A stretch of 58,056 nucleotides of DNA, counting the filler, from an uncultured virus (IMG/VR IMGVR_UViG_2049941000_000247) (Duplodnaviria; Heunggongvirae; Uroviricota; Caudoviricetes). It is 7 parts of one record of this genome, joined end to end, with 100 filler letters (N's around TTAATTAATTAA, not from the genome) between each part and the next. Parts side by side here need not be neighbours in the genome. Positions count along the whole stretch, not along the records: positions 3,915 to 26,382 come from IMGVR_UViG_2049941000_000247; positions 26,483 to 29,858 come from IMGVR_UViG_2049941000_000247; 5 more parts are not named here. One strand, 5' to 3'. A program made the position numbers and the translations under genes. Each line of letters opens with the position of its first letter. The stretch's first letter is position 1. Under the pieces are notes generated by a model. It saw nothing but the letters and a program-made list of their open reading frames with translations. It was not told where the DNA came from and did not search any database. Below, one piece after another: positions 16,858-27,724 of the stretch.

Positions 16858-19144
16858 ATGATCATCAACGGAGAGAGGGCTTTGGCCTACATTGTTCGCG
16901 TGGACGGCATTCATGAGATCGCCGGTGCGGACAACATCGAAACAGCCGTCGTGGGCGGCTGGAACGTGATCGTGAAGAAGCAGGAATTCCGCGAGGGCGA
17001 TAAGGCGGTTTTCTTTGAGATCGACTCAAAGCTGCCTGACACGGACGAACGGTTCAAATTCCTGGAGTCGAAGCACTACAAGATCAAGACCATGAAACTG
17101 GGCAAGTTCAACGCGTACAGCCAGGGGCTTTTGATGCCTCTGTCCGGGTTTCCAGAGCTTGGTGATCCGGATATCAACANNNNNNNNNNNNNNNNNNNNN
17201 NNNNNNNNNNNNNNNNNNNNNNNNNNNNNNNNNNNNNNNNGCGTTGTGTACTCCGTTGCGGAAGATAACGTCAGGAAAGCGCCCCGCGACCCCAATGCAA
17301 AGTATAAATCCATGGGCGCGAGGCACCCGAAGCTGTTCAAGCTGAGACCCGTCCGCTGGCTGATGAAGCGCAAGTGGGGACGGGCTTTTCTTTTCGCGCT
17401 TTTCGGAAAGAAGAAGGACAAGCCTCTGGTATTCCCGGATTTCGTGAAAAAGACGGACGAGGAGCGCGTGGAAAATATGCCCTGGGTTTTGGGGAACGGC
17501 AAGCCGTACGTTATCACAGAAAAATGCCTAAGCGGAAGGATGCTTGTCAGAACGGACGATGGTTATCATAGATTGAGTGAGATCGTGAATAATCGATTGC
17601 CGGTTAATGTGGCCACTTTCAATCATGATACAAAGATGATCGAATATCAACCGATTCGTGAGTACCATCGTATAAAGCAGGATGATAAGCCATGCTACAG
17701 AATAGGCATTGGGCACAGGGGAAAAGGTAACCGCCCGAAATATATTGAGTGTACCGCAGACCACAAGCTGTTCGTTAATGGAAAGTGGACTTGCGCCAAT
17801 GAGGTGAATGTTGGGGACTGGGTTTCGCATTATAGTGAAGAGCTACCAACCGAAGCGTTCGAAATGATTCTTGGAAGTCTGTTGGGCGACGCAACAATCA
17901 ACCATCACGGAGAGTATATCAACATTGGGTTTACGCACAGCGAGAAACAGTTTGACTATCTGTCATATAAAAAAAGAATCCTCGGCAAATATGCAAATGA
18001 CAATCAGGAGAGAGTCAGCGGATACGGGTCGGCGATGCATGGTTTTTGCACGAAAAGTAATCTGTTCGTTGATTCATATGTTGCTCTGCATTGTATTTCT
18101 GACGGTAAAAAAAGAGTCACAAAGCAATGGTGCGATGATCTGACGCCAATTTCATTAGCATTCTGGTATATGGATGACGGCACTATCGTGAACAGGACAA
18201 ATTTATCCGTTGGTGATCGTATTTCCTTTGCGACAAATGCATTTTCTGACGATGAATGCCGCTTGCTGCAAGATATGCTGCTTTCAAGATTTGGCATAGA
18301 GTCAGAACTGCACCAAAAAGAATCGTATAAAGGGAATGTGATTTCACTGGGTGTAGAGGCGACCAGAAAATTCTGTAGTCTGATAGCGCCATATGTCTGC
18401 GCTTCTATGAAGTACAAGCTTCCGCTCAAGTACGAAGATATGCCTTGCGTATTTGAAGGGTATTCACCCATATACACCTGTGGTGTAGTGAATTCTCAGG
18501 TGATATCTGTTGAGGAATGTCAGCCGAAAGCATTCGGCGGATATATGTTCGACATAACAACTGATAATCACAATTATTTCGCTCAAGGTGTTTTGGTTCA
18601 TAACTGCGATGGTACATCATGCACCTATGCCCTTCGCCGGAAAGGTAAAAAGAAATACGAGTTTTTCGTCTGTTCCCGCAACGTCCGTCAGATGAGCCAG
18701 GATCAGAAGACATACCATGACCACAATATCTATTGGGACATGGCTTTCAAGTATGATATCGAACGTCACCTGCGCGAGTATCTGGAGGAGAACCCAAAGT
18801 ATGAGTGGGTTTATGTTCAGGGTGAAGGCGTCGGTTCCGTACAGGGGAATCCGCTGAAGCTGAAGGAGGACGATCTGTATCTGTTCAATTTCGTCACGCC
18901 GGACGGAAGACTCGGCTCTTTGGAAGGGCGGAGAATCGCAGAGGATTGGTGGAATATGAAGTGGGTCCCGATTTTAGACATCGACGCAACGCGCAACACG
19001 ATGGAGGAGACCAAAGAATATGCCGACGGGTTTTCCAAACTGAACCCGAACGTCCTTCGCGAAGGGCTTGTTTATCGCAGCCTTGACGGAGCTGAATCCT
19101 TCAAGAACGTAAGCCGCAAGTACCTGCTGAAAAAGAAGGAGTGA
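16858..19144 (+). CDS. ATP-dependent RNA ligase (Rnl2/DRB0094-like) containing an intein (gapped)
   Basis: N-terminal GADNIE...FFEIDS domain; spliced motif I TEK|CDGTS; SRN, QGEGVG, LYLFN, REGLVYR, FKNVS. Confidence 0.9.
17525..18604 (+). mobile_element. Intein with LAGLIDADG homing endonuclease (360 aa)
   Basis: Starts CLSG, TADHK block B, ILGSLLGDA and LAFWYMDDG, ends VLVHN before Cys. Confidence 0.93.
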
Positions 19145-19374
19145 GTTCAATGAAAAGATGTCCGAAATGCGGATCAATGAGTTTTTGCGCCACCGCGCAT
19201 GTAACACAGGACTGGGTCGTTGATGAAAATGGGAATTTCATTTCCAGCAACAATGACTGCGTCGAGGTGACGCATTTCCCGGATGACGAAGATATTTGGG
19301 AATGTAACACTTGCGGTTTCAGTGCGCCAGGCATGGTCTTCAACGTAGAGGATGGTTCTGATGACGAAATGTGA
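19141..19374 (+). CDS. Zinc-ribbon protein
   Basis: CPKC...CNTC. Confidence 0.7.
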   Translation: MSSMKRCPKCGSMSFCATAHVTQDWVVDENGNFISSNNDCVEVTHFPDDEDIWECNTCGFSAPGMVFNVEDGSDDEM

Positions 19375-19633
19375 GTATTGCGGCAAGGAAATGCTGAATG
19401 CGAACGGCTGCGATTTCGCTTATATCGAAATGGTGGACGGCAAAGTATTCGAGCGACAGAGAGTCGGCGACGAGGGATGGTATGACAAAGGCGACCGCTG
19501 CGGAGACTGCGGCGCTTTGTACGGTCACTACCATCATCCCGGCTGTGACGTAGAGCGCTGTCCGGTCTGCGGTATGCAGGCGATCGGATGCGACTGCGAT
19601 ATCGCGTACCTGCTGAAGGAAAAAGAGGGGTGA
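19361..19633 (+). CDS. Cys/His-rich small protein
   Basis: CGDCG...[17 protein letters not shown]. Confidence 0.75.
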   Translation: MTKCEYCGKEMLNANGCDFAYIEMVDGKVFERQRVGDEGWYDKGDRCGDCGALYGHYHHPGCDVERCPVCGMQAIGCDCDIAYLLKEKEG

Positions 19634-19639
19634 TGCGAT

Positions 19640-20866
19640 CTGAGTATCGATTATGAGTTCCCCGAAATCAGGATACGTAAAATCGATATGACAAACTACA
19701 AGTGCGTTTCCAACGGGAAGGTAGGATTAGGCACCGATATTCTCGGGGTTTACGGTCAGTGTGGCACAGGTAAAACGTCGGTAATCGAAGCGATATCGAT
19801 CCTGAAAAGCGCGATGTCAGGCGACTCGATTTCTTCGTATTATGCGGGGTGCGTTTCTGACGGATCGGATTTTGCACGGCTTGCCTTTACGTTTGACCTG
19901 TGGTATCCGACCGTGGATGATCTGCATAAAACGGTCACGTATTCTTTCAAAATTGCTTCTTTGCCATACAAGGTGATGATATATGATGAAACGATTACTG
20001 CTTCAGGAATATTTGATGGGGAAATGCGGAAAACACAACCTATCCTTTCAGCGGGCAGCGGATTTTATCCTATTGGTCCGGTAAGGAAGATACATGAATT
20101 TGTGGGGTCTGCCAAAGACTATGCCAGATCTAAGCTCGATGCGAGCATGAAAACCGCTTCATGTCATTCAAGATCGTCTCTTTTCGCGCATGAAACTATG
20201 GATGTGTTCAGGCGATATTCAGCCGACTCGGAATATTTTCGGGTCGTTGATGCATTAAACAGTTTTGCAGGCGAGTCTCTTTTCGTAATCGATAAGAGGC
20301 ATAACAATAGCTTTGAAACTGGTTTCTTCGAGAACACAAGAATGAACGCGCAGGATTTTGAAGATATGTCACAGTATGTCTTTGGCGTCAATACCATTTT
20401 GCCGGATATTGCTCAAGGCATTCGCATTGAACTTGAACACTATGAATATACGAATGTCTGCGGCGAGCGGGTTTTCGAAGTGAAGCTGTATTCCAGACGC
20501 GGAGGCTCCCGCATTCCGTTGCAAAAAGAATCTTCTGGTGTGATCAGACTGATAAATGTTTTGCCGATGATCACAGCGGCGTTTAATGACAGGTCTGCTG
20601 TCGTTGCAGTGGACGATCTCGATGTCGGGTTTCATGAATATCTTCTGGGAGATATGCTTGGAGCTTTTGCGGATCACGGGAAGGGGCAGCTCATTTTCAC
20701 ATCCAATAATCTGCGTCCGCTGGAAATCCTAAAAAAGGAGAGCGCGTTGTTTACAACGTCAGATCCGAACGACCGGTACGCACATATCAAAAATATCGGA
20801 CAGACTAACAATGTCCGCTCTGTCTATCTGCGCAAATCTGCGGACATCATAAACTGCCATTTATGA
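19640..20866 (+). CDS. ABC/AAA_21 (AbiEii/RloA-like) ATPase with degenerate motifs
   Basis: YGQCGTGKT, ESSG signature, VDDLD, GQLIFTSNN; frame extends to CTG at 19640 behind an RBS. Confidence 0.8.
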   Translation: MSIDYEFPEIRIRKIDMTNYKCVSNGKVGLGTDILGVYGQCGTGKTSVIEAISILKSAMSGDSISSYYAGCVSDGSDFARLAFTFDLWYPTVDDLHKTVTYSFKIASLPYKVMIYDETITASGIFDGEMRKTQPILSAGSGFYPIGPVRKIHEFVGSAKDYARSKLDASMKTASCHSRSSLFAHETMDVFRRYSADSEYFRVVDALNSFAGESLFVIDKRHNNSFETGFFENTRMNAQDFEDMSQYVFGVNTILPDIAQGIRIELEHYEYTNVCGERVFEVKLYSRRGGSRIPLQKESSGVIRLINVLPMITAAFNDRSAVVAVDDLDVGFHEYLLGDMLGAFADHGKGQLIFTSNNLRPLEILKKESALFTTSDPNDRYAHIKNIGQTNNVRSVYLRKSADIINCHL

Positions 20867-20877
20867 AAGGAGAGTGA

Positions 20878-21351
20878 TTGGTTTTGCACAGCATCATTAT
20901 TCAGGTATCCACCGCGCCAATAGACCGCGAGGATTACTACGATAGCGAGATGTACACAGGCGACAATAGTGTTTCGCAGTTCGCGGATTACCTGAGCGAC
21001 ATGACGGAGGATGAAATGCTTTCCAACATAAGATGGCTCGGTGAAAAGAACGGCATCTATACTAACCCGAATAACAGAACACTTATGATAACAGGCAAGC
21101 GTGAGTATTTCAAAGACAGCTATGAGAAGTTCATGCATGCGCTCGAGATGATCAGGCACATGACGTATGGAGAATTTATCACGAACAGCCCAAAGCGCGC
21201 TGTGTACGATATATCGTACTACTTTGACAAAGCCAGCGGTGTATATGTTGATTCGGATAAGTACGATCTCATCCCATTTGATGAGTTCGTCAGGCTGTCT
21301 GACGAGGGGATCCCATATTATATCGGCGCCGTTATTGGCTATCACTTCTGA
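20878..21351 (+). CDS. Hypothetical protein
   Basis: AAAGGAG RBS, 157 aa ORF in operon. Confidence 0.7.
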   Translation: MVLHSIIIQVSTAPIDREDYYDSEMYTGDNSVSQFADYLSDMTEDEMLSNIRWLGEKNGIYTNPNNRTLMITGKREYFKDSYEKFMHALEMIRHMTYGEFITNSPKRAVYDISYYFDKASGVYVDSDKYDLIPFDEFVRLSDEGIPYYIGAVIGYHF

Positions 21352-21364
21352 GGTGGTGTTATCA

Positions 21365-21625
21365 ATGAAAAAGATCTATGAGTCGCCGTACAGAGGTATC
21401 AACGAATCCGCCGTCAGCGTATGGGTTTATGAGCTGGACGTCGATCTTGACGAGGCGTCTATCCTGCGCGACATGAACCACGACGAGCGGTGTTATGCCA
21501 TCGGTGTGACGGAGGAATCCGGCGGCCTGTGGGTATTACCGGGAGCGCTGTACCATTCCTACGATTTTGACATCGTTGGAGACGGGTATATGGTCGTCAC
21601 AGACCGCGCCGCACTGAACGTGTAA
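21365..21625 (+). CDS. Hypothetical protein
   Basis: GAGGTGG RBS then MKKIYESP. Confidence 0.65.
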   Translation: MKKIYESPYRGINESAVSVWVYELDVDLDEASILRDMNHDERCYAIGVTEESGGLWVLPGALYHSYDFDIVGDGYMVVTDRAALNV

Positions 21626-22127
21626 GGAGGGTTTTATGTTCAAGCATCTTCACATATCACGCGAAACACCAAAGAAACCGCCTGTCCCGTGCTATGGCTG
21701 CGCAGACANNNNNNNNNNNNNNNNNNNNNNNNNNNNNNNNNNNNNNNNNNNNNNNNNNNNNNNNNNNNNNNNNNNNNNNNNNNNNNNNNNNNNNNNNNNN
21801 NNNNNNNNNNNNNNNNNNNNNNNNNNNNNNNNNNNNNNNNNNNNNNNNNNNNNNNNNNNNNNNNNNNNNNNNNNNNNNNNNNNNNNNNNNNNNNNNNNNN
21901 NNNNNNNNNNNNNNNNNNNNNNNNNNNNNNNNNNNNNNNNNNNNNNNNNNNNNNNNNNNNNNNNNNNNNNNNNNNNNNNNNNNNNNNNNNNNNNNNNNNN
22001 NNNNNNNNNNNNNNNNNNNNNNNNNNNNNNNNNNNNNNNNNNNNNNNNNNNNNNNNNNNNNNNNNNNNNNNNNNNNNNNNNNNNNNNNNNNNNNNNNNNN
22101 NNNNNNNNNNNNNNNNNNNNNNNNNNC

Positions 22128-22523
22128 TGCGCCACGATGAAGGACGGTGTTTTCAGGGAAACCACCATTGAATCAGCCTCGCCTGAGCGCTGCAAGGAGT
22201 TAGAGGACGAGATCAAAAAAATGGACGTCTTTGAAAGCATTTCAGTAAATCCAAAGTATAGATATGGCGGCGCGTGGGGTAACGCCAAGTGGTATGAGTG
22301 CGAAAGCGATATGCTTGCGCTGTCTGCGCGGTTTCCCGAATTCTTTTTCAGCTTGAACGGCGCCGGCGAGGAACAGGGCGACCTGTGGAACGCGTATTTC
22401 TTCCAGGGAAAGATGCAGGAGTGCTGTGCTCAGATCATATGGCCGGAATTTGATCCATCCAAACTGATATTCCCGTTTGGCGAAAACTTCCCCAGCCCGA
22501 ACTACAGGTATTCCTATGAATGA
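22128..22523 (+). CDS. Hypothetical phage protein (5' in gap)
   Basis: KWYE..DM..LS..FPE..F.L.G.GEE..DLW..YF..GK pattern. Confidence 0.7.
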   Translation, partial: CATMKDGVFRETTIESASPERCKELEDEIKKMDVFESISVNPKYRYGGAWGNAKWYECESDMLALSARFPEFFFSLNGAGEEQGDLWNAYFFQGKMQECCAQIIWPEFDPSKLIFPFGENFPSPNYRYSYE

Positions 22524-23042
22524 GAAATAGTATCATGGAGGCGGAGTTATGAAGAACGATTTTTGGCGCAGTCTCCTGCGGATGTCCGCGCGGCATATTA
22601 CTCTTTACATCCTTACAATTGCAATAGCGCTGTCATTTACCACAATCGAACAGAACGATATCATTGTTTCGTGGATATCTGCGCATCGCGGAGTGTTATA
22701 TACGATAACCTTCGCGGCGATTTTGTGCTTCACATTCGCGTGGAGCAGTGTGCTGGATTACACAGACAGGAAGAAGTGACAGTGAAATCATACGCGGTAG
22801 TTTTTACTTATTCGTGGGATAACGACGCGGCAGTCTACCTTTTTGATACGGAAGAGGAGGCCGTCGATTTTCTTGCCGGAGCATACGATGCGGAAGTAAA
22901 GAACGACGTAGAGTGCGGCTTTGAATCTGAGTATTTCATCGACAGCGATGGTTATTATGCCAGGATCACAAGATATTCTTCTTTTGGTGACGATATCACA
23001 GAGTTTCATCTTGGGCGTGTGTACGAATAAGGAGGATACAAA

Positions 23043-23402
23043 ATGAGCAAATGGGAATTAACAGATGATGATTGCGCCCAGTACACACGCAGGTACGGGG
23101 ATTATGTGTTCGGTTTCATGGAAGTAGAGGAGCGTACTGATGCGTGGTATGTTGTGCGCGGACTCGTAGACCTGACCTTATACGGTCTATCTGACCTGCG
23201 TAACTTTTGCAGCCCATATTATGGCGACAATCCGTTCGTAAATATCATGTTAATTTATGGCGAATATGACGCCCTTCGTATTATCGCGAAGATTGTATTC
23301 AAGTCTGATCGCCAGTCTGTGACTGAGTTTGTCGTAAAGTGTGACAGCCTTGAAGAAGCGCAGTATAAGATTGCAAATTTAATAAAAATGGACTACCGAT
23401 GA
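23043..23402 (+). CDS. Hypothetical protein
   Basis: AAGGAGG RBS, 119 aa. Confidence 0.7.
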   Translation: MSKWELTDDDCAQYTRRYGDYVFGFMEVEERTDAWYVVRGLVDLTLYGLSDLRNFCSPYYGDNPFVNIMLIYGEYDALRIIAKIVFKSDRQSVTEFVVKCDSLEEAQYKIANLIKMDYR

Positions 23403-24228
23403 GTTTGAACGCAGGCTGAAGCAGCAGGAAGGAGACAACGACACATGACAGTTTCAAAAACATACTGCGATATATGCGGTGATGAGATCAACGACGACAG
23501 AAAGTGGAACAGGATAGTGCAGATAGATGAGAGGATCGGCGAATTCGGTGAATTCAATTCGGAGACATACGATATGTGTGAACGATGCTACGGAGAGTTC
23601 TGCCGGATCGTCAGTGAATTCATTCGCGTACATCGAANNNNNNNNNNGCCGAATATCAACTATACGATTGACGATGTGGACAGGCTTTTGAATAAAGCAG
23701 GAGAAAACGCATGGTATTAACGAATATTATTGCAGCCCTGATCCTCACCTTCACAATTCTTATTCTTGCATTTTTTTATGGGTTATGCATTGATTACAGA
23801 GGACAGCAGACCCATATCCCAGAAAGTTTTGTGGGCGATTGTCACATGCTGCGCAGCCGGTTTGGTTCTCTCTGTTTTCGCGCTGCTTGTGATTTATGCT
23901 ATCAGGCTGATCTCTATGATTTTCGGAGCTTAAAAGGAGGTGCGTGGAATGCCAAAATGGATCGTGAGTTATGAGTGCCCGATATGCGGAGAGCTGCATA
24001 GAAATCCTGTGCCCGAGTGCTCATTCTGTCATACCGAACTCGATGGTATCAAAGATCAGACCGGGGCGTTTTTGCTCTTGATAAAAGATTGCAGTAACGA
24101 AGGGGTATACTGCTCAAAATGCGGTGTGAAGCTGTCAAACCATTGGCCGATTAAAAAGAAGTATTCACGTTTTTGCTCAAACTGCGGAGCAAGGTTTTCG
24201 GATAATATCAAACGGGGGTGACGCTTAT

Positions 24229-24838
24229 TTGAACGTAAAGATATCCAGCGGCAACAGCAAGATGGGTAGCATCCCAAGCGTATCTCTCCCATCCGGCATC
24301 ACATGCAGAAACGACTGCGAGTGCGTACTGAAGTGCTACGCGCGCAAACTTGAACGCATCAGGCCAAATGTGAGAGATGCGTATATGTTTAATTACAGGC
24401 TTTTGAAGTGCGATCCGGATACATACTGGCGTGAAGTCGAGGCATCGGTCATGATGTCTCGATTTTTTCGTTTCCATGTGTCCGGCGACATACCGGACAA
24501 GAACTATTTCGCGCGCATGGTTGGTATCGCGGTCAGGAATCAGCACTGTGAGATCCTGTGCTTTACAAAAAAGTACGGGATCGTCAACGACGTGATCATG
24601 GAGCTGGGCGGGCTTCCTAAAAATCTTCACGTTATCTTCAGCGCGTGGCGAGGTCTGACGTGCAACAATCCGTACGACTTGCCGGAGGCGCATGTCAGAT
24701 ACAGGGATGGAACGACCACTGCACGAGATGACGCCATCGAATGCGGCGGAAATTGCACGGAATGCGCAGTAACCACCGGCGGCTNNNNNNNNNNGGGCTC
24801 TGCTCCCCGGCCAGCAGGTGGTTTTCAACGAACATTAG
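24229..24838 (+). CDS. Gene-product-88-like Cys-rich (radical-SAM-related) phage protein
   Basis: GNSKMG, SLP..ITC...C.C...CYA, FRFHVSGD, FTKK, PKNL..IFSAW, CGGNCTEC. Confidence 0.8.
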
Positions 24839-25409
24839 GAGGAGGATAAATTATGAGCGGAATGATTAGTAACGTGAGGATTGTTGGTGTAGACGTAATC
24901 AAGAGAGATTATTCAAATGGCAAAACAAATGACGACCGTATTCCCAAGGTTGATGTTGTAGAGGTAGTCAGATGTAAGGATTGCAAATATAACACCGGAG
25001 ATCATAAGTGTCTCTATCCAGACAGTATCATTAAGGTGCCGGATGACTATGACTACTGTTCATACGGCCAAAGAAGGAGCGTTGAATAGGTAATGACAAA
25101 GACGATTGCGCAGATAAACTTCCTGCCGGTATGTTCGGAATGTGGACATGTGCTGTACGGAGAGACCGTATCTGTCGATCGTGCAACTGTGATACTGCAG
25201 AGCACATCTATGGCTGACGAAAAAATAACGACTGTGCCGCATCAGACAGTCGCAAATAGAGAGATCTTGATAAGCCCTTGGCGATGCAAATACTGTGGCG
25301 CGAGATTTGACGCTGTCATCATGCCTGGGAAACTCCCGTTTGAATCTCCGCAGGATTGCACCAATTGTTTTATTGCCGATAAATAAGAGCCACGCCGTCA
25401 CTTCAAGCG

Positions 25410-25478
25410 TTATCTCCGCTTGGTGGTCACTCGAACCTGAGTTCTTACAACCACTTTCGTTTTGATAACAACCTTCAT
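25410..25478 (-). CDS. 22-aa cationic peptide MKVVIKTKVVVRTQVRVTTKRR
   Basis: GAGAGGAGG RBS, own promoter, antisense to neighbours; below ORF-track cutoff. Confidence 0.6.
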   Translation of the reverse strand: MKVVIKTKVVVRTQVRVTTKRR

Positions 25479-25567
25479 GAACATCATCCTCCTCTCTTGA
25501 CAGGAAGTCAAAACCCTAAAAAACATCCTGCTGTGAGATTCGGTGATTCGGCGGGGCTCTTGTTTAT

Positions 25568-25596
25568 ATTTTACCGTACTGCTTTTTCACAGTCAA
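25568..25596 (-). promoter_or_regulatory. sigmaA-type promoter for the peptide transcript
   Basis: TTGACT-17 bp-TAAAAT. Confidence 0.65.
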
Positions 25597-25617
25597 TAAT
25601 GAAGGGGGTGAGCATTG

Positions 25618-25836
25618 ATGTACGACTTGAAACCGTGTCCGTTCTGCGGCGGCGAAGCGGAAACGAAGGTGTATTACTGGAAATGCGGCGGTGATGAACT
25701 AGGTTTGATAGCAGGTGTGAAATGTAAAGGCTGCGGTATATCTAGGGAGATGAGCTTCAGCGGCAATAATGTCGGGTTTGATTCTTATATGCAGGCTTTT
25801 GATGAAGCTGTGCGCAAGTGGAACCAAAGAACATAA
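25618..25836 (+). CDS. Lar-family restriction alleviation-like protein
   Basis: LKPCPFCGGEA...C..CG...A...WN.R. Confidence 0.8.
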   Translation: MYDLKPCPFCGGEAETKVYYWKCGGDELGLIAGVKCKGCGISREMSFSGNNVGFDSYMQAFDEAVRKWNQRT

Positions 25837-26768
25837 AGGAAGGGAGATGAATCATATGGACCGTAACGAAAAACCTCAGTATCGCTCCGGTATTTCAACG
25901 GCGTCATTGCTTGGCGTGGCTTTTGTGATCCTGAAGCTNNNNNNNNNNTTATAAGATCATCCATAAGGAATGCCTCGTCGGCGCCTACTACGTGATGGCA
26001 GACAGCAGCGAAGAAGCCCTTAATAAGTATTGGTCTCTTGTAAACAGCGGAAAAATCGACTTCAGCGACATGGAAATTCTCGACTCATCAGACGAAGCGG
26101 TGCTCGTAGAGAACGAATGATATGGAGGGTTGCCATTTGATAGACGTCAGTAAGTGTGAATTTGAGGAGTCGCGCGATCTTAGCGACGTTATTGAAGAAC
26201 AAACCTTTTTCTATTCATATCCTTTTGATCTGAACGAAGCGCAATTTACATTTGACAACTGCTATTACAACAAAATCATTTCGATGTGCATTGCTCTCAC
26301 AATGTTTGATGCGCACAGTATTGAACTGCACTCAATGATGATATCGCCGATAATTCATGGCGGTGATATCTGTTGAGGAATGNNNNNNNNNNNNNNNNNN
26401 NNNNNNNNNNNNNNNNNNNNNNNNNNTTAATTAATTAANNNNNNNNNNNNNNNNNNNNNNNNNNNNNNNNNNNNNNNNNNNNGAATATAAGCAGCCGATG
26501 GTCAGCTATTGTTTGAGAGTAATATCTATTGCCGTTGTTTTCATAGCGGCAGCGTTCGATGTTGACACGGATATATTGCGTGTTTTTGCCTACTCAGCAA
26601 TAGCGTGCTGGATCATTGCGGCAATTATCAATATGAACAAAAGAGCTGAGGTAAATAAGTACAATCAGGATCAAATAGATGCGCATAAAGCTTTGTGGGA
26701 CGAGCTTGTAATTATTCAGTCCACAAAATGCGATGATGAGTGACGATAGAAATAAGCATATTCTCCTA

Positions 26769-26793
26769 CACCGCCTTTTGGCGGTGCTTTTTT
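26769..26793 (+). terminator. Intrinsic terminator
   Basis: CACCGCC-TTTT-GGCGGTG-CTTTTTT. Confidence 0.7.
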
Positions 26794-26890
26794 ATGCCCG
26801 AAAGGAGTGAATGCTACGAATATTAAGAGGAAAGAACTAGTTTGTTTTGGGCTTCGCGTCGCGGAACTGAAGTGAAAGGGGGATACATAT

Positions 26891-27190
26891 TTGACGATCA
26901 CAAGAGAGATCGACGGTAAAGTGCATGAAATCGAGCTCGCTCCATCCGAGATTTACGGCGCTTATGTCGTACAGGAATTCGAATTCTACAAGGATGATAT
27001 CCGTGATGTGATCTGCGGCATGAGTGATGAGGATGTGCAAGAAATCTACGGCGTGTCCAGATCGGAGTTCGAGGAACTGATCGACGATATGGTGTATGAA
27101 ATGCGCAGGCAGATCGATAAGTACGATGTGAGCTGGGAATATGCGCGCGATGAGGCGATACGCAGCGAGATTAAGAGGAACTACGAGTGA
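26891..27190 (+). CDS. Acidic hypothetical protein
   Basis: AAGGGGG RBS, TTG start. Confidence 0.7.
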   Translation: MTITREIDGKVHEIELAPSEIYGAYVVQEFEFYKDDIRDVICGMSDEDVQEIYGVSRSEFEELIDDMVYEMRRQIDKYDVSWEYARDEAIRSEIKRNYE

Positions 27191-27680
27191 ACGGTGAGCA
27201 ATATCCGATCCAGATGTGGCTGCGTGGCCTGTCTGTCGGTATCTATATAGCAATGGCGGGGTTTTTCCCGTCGTGTTTTCCTTATACGACATCAGGACTC
27301 ATAATTTGCTGGGTCATAGCAGGTATTTACGGAAAATGGCGCAGAGAAGAGGATGAAAAAACAGCGGCAGAAGAGATCAGAAAAATCCGGGAGGTGAAAT
27401 AATGTTCGGCCATAAGTATCTTCTCGCTTCGGTCGAAGAATTCGGCGAGCATAACCCTGTAACAGATACGATCCTGGGCAAGGTATGCTACCTGTGCTAT
27501 TTCAGACCGAAAGAAACCGGCGTCTTCCTCGTTGATACGACTGACGAGTACGGGTTTTCGCCGCACAGGATCTTCACATCCAAAGTCAAACATGTCTTTT
27601 GCGGCGAAGACGACTCTGTCATCGTTGAAACCGATCATACAAGGTATACGTTCGTGGTAGAGGAATGAACAGTTTCGCGC

Positions 27681-27712
27681 AACAGGGTATAACGGGGTAT
27701 AACAGGGTATAA
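27681..27712 (+). repeat. 3 x 10-bp tandem repeat AAC(A/G)GGGTAT
   Basis: Directly abuts the RBS of the cysteine desulfurase gene. Confidence 0.85.
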
Positions 27713-27724
27713 AGGAGTGGTTTT

